Assembly: GCF_004010195.1 (NCBI RefSeq)
Contig: NC_057718.1
Span: 97,281,644-97,345,643, forward strand
Source: Chiloscyllium plagiosum
Lineage: Eukaryota
DNA: 64,000 bases
Direction: 5' to 3'
Shown piece by piece: positions 38,110 through 50,200 of this stretch (its first letter is position 1; the number at the start of each line of letters is the position of its first letter). The notes under the pieces are model-generated. The model was given only the letters and a program-made list of their open reading frames with translations, did no database searches and was not told the DNA's origin. The position numbers were made by a program, and so were the translations under genes.

Positions 38110-38680
38110 GATGTAATACCCCCAAAGGTAGTGCAGGGAGGCTCACCAGACTGATAACACGGCAGCCTCTGATGTGGACAAATTGAGGAAAACGTGTCTG
38201 TATTCTTGAGAGCTTCTAAGAATGCAAGGGAATCGCATTGAAACTTAGAAAATTCTTTGAAGGCATGGTGGAGTGGATGTGTGGAAATTTGCTTCACCTT
38301 GAGTCTAGATCCAGGGTCACAAACTTCTTCAGCCAGAGAGTGGTGAATGTATAGAATTCACTGCCACAGAAGGCGGTAGAGGCCAGGTCATTGAGTGTAC
38401 TAAGACTGAGATGGATAGGTCCTTGTGTATCAAGGAGATCAAGGGTTACGGGGAGAAACTGGGAGAATGGGGTTCAGAGGCTTATCAGCCATGATTAAGT
38501 GGTGGAACAGACTCAATGGGCTGATTGGTCTAATGTCTGCTCCTATGTCTTATGGTCATATGGACTCTGGATAAGGGGCAGGCCATTTTAATATGAGGAG
38601 AAATTTCTTCACTCGGAGGATGTCAAATCTTTGGCATTATCCAGAGGGATGTGGAAGATCAATCATTGAGCAGATTCAGT
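38110..38680 (+). mobile_element. CR1 LINE 3' fragments
   Basis: TTCTTCAGCCAGAGAGTGGTGAAT...CTGCTCCTATGTCTTATGG tail. Confidence 0.7.
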
Positions 38681-38685
38681 GTAGA

Positions 38686-38965
38686 GGGTGGCACGGTGGC
38701 TCAGTGGTTAGCAATGCTGCCTCACAGTTCCCGCCTTAGGCGACTGTCTCTGTGGAGTTTACACGTTCTCTCTGTGTCTGTGTGGGTTTCCTCCAGATGC
38801 TCCGGTTTCCTCCATGGGAAATTGCCCATAGTGTCCAGGGATATGCAGACTAGTTGTGCTAGCCATGGGAAATCTCGGGTTACAGGGATGGGGTGGGGTG
38901 GGAGAGATGGTCTTCAACAGGTCAGTATGTGGACTTGATGTGCCAAATATAGTGTAGGGATTGTA
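38686..38965 (+). mobile_element. HE1-type V-SINE (internally deleted)
   Basis: Head GGCACGGTGGCTCAGTGGTTAGC and V-domain. Confidence 0.8.
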
Positions 38966-39169
38966 TGAAAGATACGAGGATGGTAAGAGAAAATGGCATC
39001 GAGACACATCGGCCATGATGTGTTTGGATGGCACAGCAGCTGCATGGAGTACTCCTGCTCCTATTTCCACTGTTAGTTTGGTCAGATTCTGCTCTGCATC
39101 AGCTGCCATTGTGTCAATGAGGTCTTCTTCCTATCCAAGACCAGCCGACCATGGGTCATTGCAGTCCTG

Positions 39170-39500
39170 AATCACAGAATCCCTACAGTATGGCAAACAG
39201 GCCCTTCAGCCCAACAAATCCACACCGACCCATTGAAGAGTAACCCACCCATATCCATTCCCGGACCCTATTATCGTATATTTTTACCCCTGACCAATGC
39301 ACCTAGCTTACACATCCCTGGGCAATTTAGCATGGCCAATCCACCTGACCTGCACACCTTTGGATTGTTGGAGGAAACCGGAGCACCCGGAGGAAACCCA
39401 CACGGGCATGTGGAGAATGTGCAAACTCCACACAGACAGTCGCCCAAGGCTGGAATCGAACCCGGGTCCCTAGCACTGTGAGGCAGCTGTGCTAACCACC
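39170..39500 (-). mobile_element. HE1-type V-SINE
   Basis: Near full length. Confidence 0.9.
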
Positions 39501-40089
39501 ATGATGGTGGCAATACAGTCAGGACAGATGGTTGAGCTTTGTCCTGTTGTCTTTAATCTGAATACTAGTGAGAACCCCATAGTGCAAATTGAAAGCTTTC
39601 ACTCAGTAACCCAGACAACAATACGTTTAGAGAAGACTTCAGGACCACAGAAGAGCTGTGTACCAAATTGGTCGCTGACTGATATTACCATACACTACCA
39701 GCTTTTAATTGTCTGTTGACTTGGAAAGTGCTGTCAAAATTTCAAGTCGCATTCAGTAAAAATGGCAGCGAGACTGGGTAACTGGGCTACCAAAAACATT
39801 TTGAACTTGTGTTCCATGATTTTCCGTGGAAAGATAACTGGACACATTGAGAGCCGGGCTGCTGATTTTGCCAGGAGCTCCATCTACAGTGCTGGCACAG
39901 AGCAGTTAGGGTGTCATTATATGGTTACATAACATCAAACTCCTGTTTTAATAAAATGAAGCAACCATCAACTCCTTACAGAACTTCTAATCGGGCTGGA
40001 TACATTTGGCGACGCATTAATTTCAGGCAACATTGTGGAAACAAATATCTTTATCATTTTTGGTGTGAACAGTTTTACAAGAGCCTAAG

Positions 40090-40460
40090 AACTTAAAGCA
40101 GGAATAGGCCATTCAGCCCCTCTAGCCTGCTGTACCATTCAGTATGATCTCATCTTGGCCTCAACCCCACTTTCCTGCCCATTCGCCATAACTCTAACCC
40201 ATTACTAATTTAAAATCTGCCGATCTCCTCCTTAAATTTACTCAGTGTCCCAGCCTCCACCGCAGTCTGAGATGGTGAATTCCACAGGTTCATGACCCTT
40301 TGAGAGAAGATAATTCCCTCTCATCTCTGTTTTGCTTGATCACCTCTCATTCTTCTAAACTCCAGAGAGTATCGGCCTAAACCGCTCGATCTCTCTGGTT
40401 AAGACAACCAACACAGGGAACCTCTGAACAGCCTCCAGTACAACTACATCCCTCCTCACT
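40090..40460 (-). mobile_element. CR1 LINE 3' fragment
   Basis: Reverse-complement CR1 tail AAGCAGGAATAGGCCATTCAGCCCCTC. Confidence 0.7.
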
Positions 40461-40571
40461 GGCTAGCCATGACATTTCGCAGAGATGTTAGCAGCATTGC
40501 TTTGGAAACAAAAACTAAAGTTGCTGGAAAAGCTCAGCAGGTCTAGCAGCATCTTGTGATGAGAAATAAAA

Positions 40572-40607
40572 GTTAACGTTTCGGGTCCGGTGACCCTTCC
40601 TCAGAAC
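40572..40607 (-). ncRNA. Minimal type I hammerhead ribozyme (family C) in a PLE terminus at about 40505-40607
   Basis: Minus strand GTT-CTGAGGA-A-GGGTC(ACCG)GACCC-GAAACGTT-AAC. Confidence 0.85.
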
Positions 40608-41019
40608 CGCACTGCTTTGGGCTCGAAGACATGTGCCGGGACAGATGACATAAGATTCCTTCTCTAAAGCACATTCACAAACCCAGAAGTGGTGGATGTG
40701 AGTACAATTACAATGTTTAAAAGACAGTTGGATAGATAATAAATAGAAAATGTTTGGAGGGATGTGAGTCAAGAGCAGGCAGGTGGGACTAGTTTAGTTT
40801 GGGCTGGTTGAACTGAACGGTTGAACTGTTTCCATACTGTATGACCCAATGTCTATGGCTCTATGATGTTGCTCCAAACACAGTCTCACTTATCCTTGGT
40901 ACAGTTGCACCAACACTGCTCCTACTTTTATACTACAAATTGAAATAAATCAAATTTATACTGCAAATCAGAACATTATATAATTGATAAAAATTGATAT
41001 TAAGCCAGGAAACTCTCCT

Positions 41020-41325
41020 CACGATACAGTGGCTCAGTGGTTAGCACTGCTGCCTCACAGCACCAGGGTCCCAGGTTTGATTCCTGCCTCGGGCAACTGT
41101 CTGTGTGGAGTTTGCACATTCTCCCTGTGTCTGCGTGGGTTTCCTCTGGGTGCTCCGGTTTCCTCCCACAGTCCAAAGATGTGCAGGTCAGGTGAATTGG
41201 CCATGCTAAATTGCCTGTAGAGTTAGGTGAAGGGGTGAATGTGGGGGAATGGGTCTGGGTGGGTTACTCTTCAGAGGGCTGGTTGGGCTGAAGGCCCTGT
41301 TTCCAAACTGCAGTGAATCTAATCG
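41020..41325 (+). mobile_element. HE1-type V-SINE
   Basis: Near full length. Confidence 0.9.
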
Positions 41326-41664
41326 AATTCAAACTGAAATCTGCTCAAATTAACCTCAGGATTTGCAACACCAAATCCGGTACTTTCAAACTTCCCTTAG
41401 CAGTATAATTGTGCGTTACGTATGACAAATGTCCTGATATTAAAAAAAACACAGCACATACAGAAAAGCCCCAGAAAAGTTGCTGCCCTTGTTCAGATTT
41501 ATGTTTTCTTTTCAAACACCTGTTGCAATCTCAGGGCTGTGTGGAGGGGAATTGCTCTTTTGAAACCTCAGATCCCATGAGCACATTTAGTCCCTTTATG
41601 ATGTGCAAAGCGACAGCTATTCAGCAATCTGCCCCTGCAGTATAAAGTCTGGCAGTATAAAGAC

Positions 41665-41875
41665 AGAACAAAGACAGTGCTTGCTGGTGAAACTCAGCAG
41701 GTCTGGCAACATCTGTGCAGGGAAAGCAGAGTTAACGTTTTGGGTTCGGTGACTCTGTCACTAGACTCAAAACATTAACTCTACTCTCTCTCTGTCCACA
41801 GGTGCTGCCAGATCTGCTGCGTTTCACCAGCAATTTCTGTTTCTGTTTTGAGTCTCTGGCATCCACAGCACTTTG
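41665..41875. mobile_element. PLE family C foldback mini-element
   Basis: TTGCTGGTGAAAC...GAGTTAACGTTTTG and CAAAACATTAACTC...GTTTCACCAGCAA inverted arms. Confidence 0.75.
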
Positions 41876-42114
41876 ATTATGGTAAAATGTGTTCCAGCTC
41901 ATGGAACAATTCTTTCTGAAATGGCCGAATATTAAATACCAATTCCCGTGGTTTAGACCATGTATTTACTGATCCACAGTAGTCTGAACCAGAAAAGTAT
42001 TCTGTGCATGATATCGAGTAGAAATATTGAATGTAACTGTTAAAGAGGATTAAACACCAGATATAGAAGACATATTGTATCAGAAAGTTTTCCTTTTCAA
42101 AATATATTTAATCA

Positions 42115-42315
42115 TGGAGACAGTAGGGACTGCAGATACTGGAAGCCAGAGTCCAATAGATGTAGGGCTTGAAAAGCACAACAAGTCAGACAGCATCCGA
42201 GAGGCTGGAAAATCAACATTTCGGGCCGAAACCCTTCGTCAGGACTCGCTTGACTTTCCTGCCCCTAGAATGCTGTGTGACCCGCTGTGCTTTCCCAGCT
42301 CTATGTCTATTGACT
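42115..42315. mobile_element. Diverged PLE family A-like foldback
   Basis: Inverted arms; degraded minus-strand hammerhead CTGACGAAGGGTTTCGGCCCGAAATGTT. Confidence 0.7.
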
Positions 42316-43832
42316 CTATATTTGATAATCATTGTTAAATTGCAACACTACCTATTTTCAAAGGCTTGAAAGCTTCGATCCTTTTCGGAAACAGAAGTTG
42401 CTGGAGAAACTCAGCAGGTCTGGCAGCATCTAGTGGAGGGAAAGCAGGGTTAAGCGACCATGCTTCAGAACTGGACCCTTTCTGATTTTTAATAAGTCCA
42501 CCTACCTGTTTTAACCTGGTGCAGGGCAAATAATGAGGCCTTTTGGAGTATGGTGCCCTGGGGATTGTGGCACCGAGGCATCATTAAAACAGTCGAATTC
42601 AAACTTGAGCCCGAACACAGCAGGGATGACTATCCAGCTGGAAGATGTGAGGTCAAAGGTCAGGCAGGTTCAGGCAGCAGGGGCTGGACTCAATGCGGGG
42701 CACAGCCAGTGACTGTGGTGCGTCCTAAGGTGCTCGAGATCAACTCGGCCCTACTTCATTGGCTCACTTCCAGCCACATTCCTGTCCAGTGACCACTGAC
42801 AGGTTGGGAAACACGGCAAGAATGTTATTACTCTTGCTTCAGGGTCTTAACGTGCCACCAAGCTTAAATGCTAGCCAGTCTGTGGAGGCGCCTCCTGTAG
42901 ACTGGAGGTTGAAATGGCACCCAGTGGAGTATTGTGTGCCTTTTGATTTGTTTACTCTTCCATGCGATGTGGGCATCATTGGCAAGACCAACACTTGTTG
43001 CCCATTCCTGCTTTCTCTGCGTGTGTGTGTGTGTCACTTCAGTCAAGAGTTGGCCACATTGCTGCAGGTGTGGACTCACCAAACACCGTGAGAATGGCGG
43101 ATGATAGTGAGCCAGCTGGGATTTTACCGTGACCAACAATCCTTTCACTGAGACTAGGGTTCAGGTCCAGGTTTAGTTCATTGAATATAAACTCTACCAC
43201 CTACCACAGTGGGATTTGAACCCGTGTTCCCAGGACCCTCCAGTCCAGTGACATTGCCACCATGCAGTGATGAGATAAGGATGCAGCCCCGATTTCAGGG
43301 CTGTGCCCATTGTTTTCTTGCATTGAGGGTTAAAATTGAGGCATGTGCGTTCCGATTTCCAGCAGGGTTAACTTTCATGTAAACAACGGGTTGTTCTGAT
43401 CTAATCCAGTTAGAAAATTTCAAACACATCCTTTCTTGCCATAAGCAAATGATAATTTATGAGATCCAGTTAGCATCTACGATTGCTTTCAGGTGAGGTA
43501 AATGAGTATCTAGGCAATGTTGCGCTTCAGTAAGGCTGCACTTCCAAAAACAAGTGATCTTGCATCATTCAATTTAACGCAACACATTGCAGAAACCAAG
43601 AAACAGATTTGTCTCCATCACCATTTTATTTCTGGGTTACTACACTAAAAACATTGGACATACTTTTATCTTGTTAAGAGTGCTTGAAAGTTGGTCCAAC
43701 TGCCTGGATGCTACATCAACAGAAGCAAACCAGTGCTTTGCCGTCCATCATAACAAGTCTTTCAGCTACCCGTTAATGTACACGTTCCTACAATAGCCAT
43801 TTTATCTCTTCTGCTTAGACTTTCCTTCAAAG

Positions 43833-44126
43833 GCTAGAGTGGTGCTAGAAAAGCACAGCAGGTAAGGCAGCATCCGAGGAGCAGGAGAGTCGACGTTTCG
43901 GGCAAAAGCCCTTTCTCAATTCCTGCTGAAGGTCTTTTGCCCGAAACGTTGATTTTCCTGCTCCTCGGATGCTGCCTGACCTGCTGTGCTTTTCCAGCAC
44001 CACTCTGATCTAAACTCTGGCTTCCAGCACCTGCAGTCCTCACTTTTGCCAAGAGGGAGAAACTACTTCTCTAGCACCACTCTAATCTTGACTCTGATCT
44101 CCAGCATCTGCAGTACCCACTTCTGC
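43833..44126. mobile_element. Chimeric PLE family A foldback containing an inverted copy of 48115-48271
   Basis: TSD CTTTCCTTC(A/G)AAG at 43820-43832 and 44127-44139; 44041-44071 is the exact reverse complement of 48115-48145. Confidence 0.9.
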
Positions 44127-44364
44127 CTTTCCTTCGAAGATGATCAGCCACCATGATGTGGACTTCTGCCTACAATAGGATATTTATACCTGATGGGCAA
44201 TATTTACTTTGGCTCTCAGAACTAAAGGACTAGATGTGGGTAAGATAGATTCAACAAATGTTTATCACAGCTTCTGGTATATTCACATATGACAGTCGCA
44301 GGCACTTCAGTGTCTGGGATAATATTAAGCTGTTTGATTCAATGTTAGCCTATTTCCTGTAGCA

Positions 44365-44456
44365 TGAAAATGTGTTGCTGGAAAAGTGCAGCAGGTCAGG
44401 CAGCATCCAAGGAACAGGAGAATCGACGTTTCGGGCATAAGTTCTTCTTCAGGAAT
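44365..44456 (-). mobile_element. PLE family A terminus
   Basis: Family A motif with TGTAGCATG on both sides. Confidence 0.75.
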
Positions 44457-45795
44457 GTAGCATGTCATGCTTCCAATGCCCTAGTTAGGATGGATTCTGA
44501 GACCTTCATACCTCACAGCATGTGCAATGATTTGCCGATAATCCCACAAGCATGTCTTTGAAAAGTATACAGCGTCCTCGCTGTGGTAGAGAGAAGACAA
44601 CACCTTCTACTCCAATTTGATGGTTACTAAGATGATGGATAAGTCTAATACGTGGTCTACTGACTCTGGGTCAAATGGTGTTTGAGGGATTGGCTGGAGG
44701 TTTGTGCTCTCCCTCCAACACCACAACTTTGCCTCTGCCTGTTCCTGGCAAAGTCTCGCCGTGTGTTCCCTGTTTTCCCCCCAGAGCACCATCTCCATTT
44801 TGTTTGGTTATACACCAAGGTGTCCCATGAGACTTTGGGGATCCTAAAAGTACCTCCGTTGTCCTTTTGGAAGTCTGGAACGTTAACTACATCCCACTCT
44901 CTATGAAGGCTGCCCGACCTACTGGTTCCTGCATTTCTTCAGTCCGGTTCCATGCTGGATTTCTACCTTCTCCAGAATTTTCCCCTGGGTTTATTTGTTT
45001 TTTCTCTGACACAGTGATTCATCAGAGCATTGCTCTTGCTACTCTACATCGACCCAAAAAATAACTCTGCTCTGATCAGGGATCATTGTGTTCAGGTGAT
45101 ACACAGTCATTAGGACCACTCTTGTTCTACCCACACTCATCCGAAGTCTGGCAGTAAACCTCAGTAAGCCTCCAGCGGAAGAGGGTATAACATCCAAAAT
45201 GAATTGCGCTGGCGTAGATCTCTGGTACTACCGCGACAGGTGAATACTTTGACGGTTTTTAAGAATATTTTTCTTACCAATTTCCGATCCCACATTCTCC
45301 TCTTTTCCCCATTGCTGAGGATTCTGTTTATTTCTTCCATGGGATGTGAATTGTTTGGACCACCGTTTATTGCCCATTCCTGTTGCACTTGAGAAGTTAG
45401 TGGTTGCATGTAAGACAGCCATGACAAAGTCTCTCAGTGTGGTCCCTGCTTTCCCCAGAGCACCATCTCCATGGTGTCCCATGAGTCTTTGGGGACATCC
45501 CTATAGCATCTCCATTGTCCTTTTGGAAGCCTGGAACATTAACTCAGGTCACGTGACACTGAGTGCCGGAAGACTTACTCCAAGGCCTGTGGTGTTGGGA
45601 TTTCATATATCTTTTTCAATGCTCTCATGGGACTGGCTGGGCCAGCAATTTTTCTTCATCCCTGGTTGCTGTTGAGAAGGTGGGGGTGAGCTGCCTCCTT
45701 GAACTGCTGCAGTCCATGTGCTGTAGGTTGACCCACAAAGCCCTTAAGGAGAGAATTCCAGGATTTTGACCCAGCAACAGTGAATCGAAGTCAGG

Positions 45796-46453
45796 ATGGT
45801 GAGATTTGGAGGACTGCTTGCAGGTGGTGATGTTTTCATGTATCTACTGCCCCTGCCATTACACATATAATGTATATAATTCCAGAGGCAGTTCTGGGCT
45901 CCAGGTTGCTCTCAATGAGAATGCCGATAGCACAGTGCTGAGTTTTCATCTCCTACCAGCGCAGGCCATCGGGTGTAGTTACAATCTCCATGCTGTTAGG
46001 GTGGGAGTACAAGGATTTGGACCCAACGGCAATGGAATGGCAATACAATTCAAGGTCAGGCTGATGAGTGGCATGGAGAGAAACTGGTGGGCGACACGGT
46101 GGCACAGTGGTTAGCACTGCTGCCTCACAGTGCCAGAGATCCGGGTTCAATTCCCGCCATGGTGAGATTTGGAGGACTGCTTGCAGGTGGTGATGTTTTC
46201 ATGTATCTACTGCCCCTGCCATTACACATATAATGTATATAATTCCAGAGGCAGTTCTGGGCTCCAGGTTGCTCTCAATGAGAATGCCGATAGCACAGTG
46301 CTGAGTTTTCATCTCCTACCAGCGCAGGCCATCGGGTGTAGTTACACTCTCCATGCTGTTAGGGTGGGAGTACAAGGATTTGGACCCAATGGCAGCAAAG
46401 GAATGGCAATACAATTCCAGGTCAGGATGATGAGTGGCATGGAGAGAAACTGG
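45796..46453. repeat. About 292 bp near-identical direct duplication separated by a SINE head
   Basis: 45796-46087 matches 46159-46453; 46089-46158 is an HE1 tRNA-like head only. Confidence 0.95.
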
Positions 46454-46659
46454 CAGAGGCTGGCATTCCCATGTACCTGCTGCCCTTGTCCTTTGAGAGC
46501 TCACAGGTTTGGAAGGTGCTGGTGAAGGAGCCTTGGTGAATTGCTGCAGAGCATCATGTAGATGGTAGACACTCCTGTCAATGCATTGATGATGAAGGGA
46601 GTGAATGTTGAAGACATTAAATGAACAATGATGACCCTTTGCAGTTTGCTTTTGACCTC

Positions 46660-46995
46660 TTCATAGAATCCCAAGTGTAGAACCAGAAGACCATTTGGCC
46701 CAACAGGTCCACACCGACCCTCCATAAAGCATCCCACTGACCCTACCTTATCCCTGAATTTCTCATGGCTAATCACCTAACCTGTACATCCCTGGACACT
46801 ATGGGGCTATTTAGCATGGCCAATTCACCTAACCTGCACATCTTTGGACTGTGGGAGGAAACCGGAGCACCCAAAGGAAATCCGTGCAGACACAGAGAGA
46901 ATATGCAAATTCCACACAGACAGTTGCCCGAGGGTAGAATCAAACCCAGGTCCCTGGTGCTGTGGGGCAACAGTGCTAACCACTGAGCCACTGTG
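46660..46995 (-). mobile_element. HE1-type V-SINE
   Basis: Near full length. Confidence 0.9.
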
Positions 46996-48136
46996 TCGTG
47001 CAAGTGGCCATGCTTGGCTGCCCTCTGGGGAACCCCACATACAAACATAAACCTCATCCTGGTCCAAGCCAGTGCACAGCAAGCATTAGTGCAAACAGTT
47101 GCTCCCTTGCCCTTCCTTCACCCAAGGGCATGGAGCCCACTGCAGTGCCCACCTGCTATCTGGAATGACAGTGGGTAACTCTGCACAGAGCAGTGACAGG
47201 AGCTTAGCGATTTGTCTCATTTGGTCAGGGAGCAGATTCCCCCAGTCAGTCACAGGGGCCATTTCCCACATGCAATTCTGTACAAGGAAACAGCGACAAT
47301 TTTTCAAAACGGAGGAAGCTAAATGAAGGGCCAAGTGTAAAGGCATCCATCTTTTGAGGTGCCAAGTTCTGATGAGATAATCCATCAAGTCAAACCATTA
47401 TAGAGAGCATGGTATATTCAAAAGCAGGCACATCTTGTTAAATTATAACTGTAAAGGGCACTAAGGCACTCACTGACAATCATGCATAGAATGTGCATTT
47501 GCTTTTCCTTCAAGAAGCATACACAGAAAGAACAAGTGACTTTGTTGTTTATCTCTGAGAATCCAATGAAGCATTAAACACTACTGCTGCTGGTTTAAAA
47601 AAAAAGTGAATGATGTCTTTGCTTCAAGAGCTCATTAATCTGTGATTTGATCTTTAATGACATCTCCCATTAAACAAGCTCCTGTCTGCTACCATGCAGT
47701 GCGACATGAGCAAGCCAGTTAGACTTACATCCACTGCAGATTTCACCCCATTTAAAAACACATCATGTTTAGCGCCTTGTTGCTAGGTAGCTGGCTGGCC
47801 ATGTGTAGTTTCTAGGCACACAACTCATGCTTTGTGCATTTAAATGTAACCCCTGTGAAGTGCTCAATTGATTTTGTCCAAGCAATCTTCAATTCTATTT
47901 TTTTTGCGCGTTTCCATTTTTAGGAGCCAGTGATGTTAATGAGCTCTTTATGAGTGCAACATAGCTTAAAGGCCAGGCTGGCCAGCTCATCTAAGGACGC
48001 TGGGGAAGATGCAGCTCTAATCATGGAAGGCTACTAATGGGCAATAAATGTCATGGTCATTTATGTTTGAAAGCAAAGATTACATCTTCTAAATTTTTGA
48101 TTTGATTTCAAATGGAGAAGTAGTTTCTCCCTCTTG

Positions 48137-48273
48137 GCAAAAGTGAGGACTGCAGGTGCTGAAAACCAGAGTTTAGATCAGAGAGGTGCTGGAAAAGCAC
48201 AGCAGGTCAGGCAGCATCCGAGGAACAGGAAAATCAACGTTTCGGGCAAAAGCCCTTCATCAGGAATGGAGGC
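48137..48273 (-). mobile_element. PLE family A terminus with intact hammerhead core (48236-48263)
   Basis: 15 bp TSD AGTTTCTCCCTCTTG at 48122-48136 and 48274-48288; minus-strand CTGATGAAGGGCTTTTGCCCGAAACGTT. Confidence 0.9.
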
Positions 48274-48288
48274 AGTTTCTCCCTCTTG

Positions 48289-49310
48289 TCCAGGCACTGG
48301 GCCTTCCCTCACTTCCTGCAATCTGGAAGAGATTTGCATTTATGGAACACCCTTTGCAATGTCTTTGTATGGACAATGTCACTTCACAACAGGTTGTCAT
48401 CATCGTGCTATCAGAAATTCCACCGATTTGTGTGTCCTGCAATGGTCACCTCTGTGTGAAGCGTTGCCTGAGGGAACCACGCTCCACCATGCCAGTCTCT
48501 GCCTCTGTAGTGGCAAAGGATGGTCACCATTTTCCGAACTCTGATTTCTCTGAACCCTCTTCTCGTCAGCTGAGTTTTCCTCTCCCAGTGCTCCTCCAAA
48601 GAGCCTCCCAGAGGCCATGGAGAGGATGAGATGTAGAAAATCATGCGGGGCATAGATAAGGTCAATGACAATGTGTCTTTTCCCAAGGGTAGGGGAATTC
48701 AAAACTAGGGGGCTGAGGGTAACCTTTTTACAGAGAGGGTGGTTCATGTATGGAATGAACTTTCGGAGGAAGTGGTGGATGCGGGTCCAGTTATAACTTT
48801 CAAAAGAGATTTGGATAAGTAGATGAATGGAAAGGGTTTGGAGTGATATAGGCAGGCAGGTGGGACTAGTTTAGTTTGGGATTATGGTCAGCATGGACTC
48901 ATTGGATGAAAGGGTCTGTTTCTAAGCTGTATGACTCTCTCCCAGCTGACAGCTTCAGCCCCAGTCAACCGTCTTCAGACTATGCTTGCTTTGTAGTGGG
49001 GCTATGGTATCCAGGAGTCTGGAAGCCAAAGTTCATATTGTTATACAGAAAGGCTTTGGGTGTATCTGATGAATATGACCATGCCAGCACAGACACCTTT
49101 GCACAGCAATGTGTGTACCCTGGGATTGTCGTGTACCCTGGGATTGTCGTGTACTTGTGAGTTAGTAAGCTTATGCTGCCAAGAATGCTAAAGAGATGTC
49201 TGAGACATGGAAGGGGAAAACTGGTCAGCCTTTTCTCCTGCCTGGCAGATGTTGTCCAGGTCTCTCCATTGTAGATGAGCAATGTGTCATATTTACAAGA
49301 TGCCCTGCAG
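48289..49310 (-). mobile_element. RTE-clade LINE relic, interrupted by a HER1 3' end at about 48625-48940 (plus strand)
   Basis: GETWTTSARQEKRLTSFPLPCLRHLFSI resembles RTE ETWTTYARQE.RLNSFH.RCLR.ILGI; a YKDI-like motif lies near 48350-48385. Confidence 0.6.
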
Positions 49311-49319
49311 AAATTCACC

Positions 49320-49595
49320 AAAGGCTAGCCAGCACCTTCCAAAGCCATGACCACTTCCATCTGGACGGGCAGCAAGTTCCCCTCCAAGCCAATCACCATC
49401 CTGACTTGGAAATATACCAGCATTCCTTCACTGTCACTGGGTCAAAATCCTGGAATTCCCTCCCTCAGGAGGTGGACTGCAGCGGTTCAAGAAGCAGCTC
49501 ACCCCCACCTTCTCAAGGGTAACTAGGGACGGGCAATAAATGCTGGGCCCAGCCAGTGACAGCCACATCCCACAAAATGGATAAATGAAAAAAAA
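49320..49595 (+). mobile_element. 3' end of CR1/L2-type LINE
   Basis: Matches 16530-16845; ends GGGCAATAAATGCTGG...CACATCCCAC with an A-rich tail. Confidence 0.8.
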
Positions 49596-49899
49596 GATGA
49601 GTGACCTGAGGGTTCAGGCTTGGTGGCCTCACAGTTCAGTGTTTTCAGTCAGGTTACTGTTCTTACACAGCTTCTGTGGAGCATGGGTTTCAGCACCAAG
49701 TGACAGATTGCTGGGGATTGTGGAGTCACCATCTGTAAAGCTACCCAAACAACCCCCTGCATCACCTTACCAATACTGATTGATATCGGGATGGCGACAC
49801 CTTGGACTGAGATGTGTTTCCCTGAAGCCAGTGGTTAAACCAACTCTTCCCGGGCATAAGAAAGTGTTGTCCATTTTCCAGGGAAGATGTGAACGTATA

Positions 49900-50200
49900 T
49901 GTAGGGAAATTCACTGTCAATGCACCCACAGAAATTGTGATCAGATGATGATGAACAGATTTTTTTTGTGTGATCCTAGTTAAGGGATAAATATTGACCA
50001 GGACCCTGGGAGGAATTCCCCCATGCTTCTACAAAACAGTGCCGTGGGACCTTTAACAGTCGCCTGAGGTGACAGAGTAGGCTTCGATTCAACGCCTCAT
50101 TTGAAAGACAGCGCCTCTCTGGACTTTCAGCGTGGAATTGTTTTATGACCACATCCCTGGAATGGGACTTCAATCTCTAGCCTCCTGAGTCAAGAGTGCC
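49900..50200 (-). mobile_element. Deu-domain SINE
   Basis: Reverse complement GCTGTCTTTCAAATGAGGCGTTGAATCGAAG...CCTGGTCAATATTTATCCCTTAAC. Confidence 0.7.

Noticed and set aside
49113..49154. 18 bp tandem duplication GTGTACCCTGGGATTGTC
   Set aside because: Ordinary slippage duplication inside a LINE relic.
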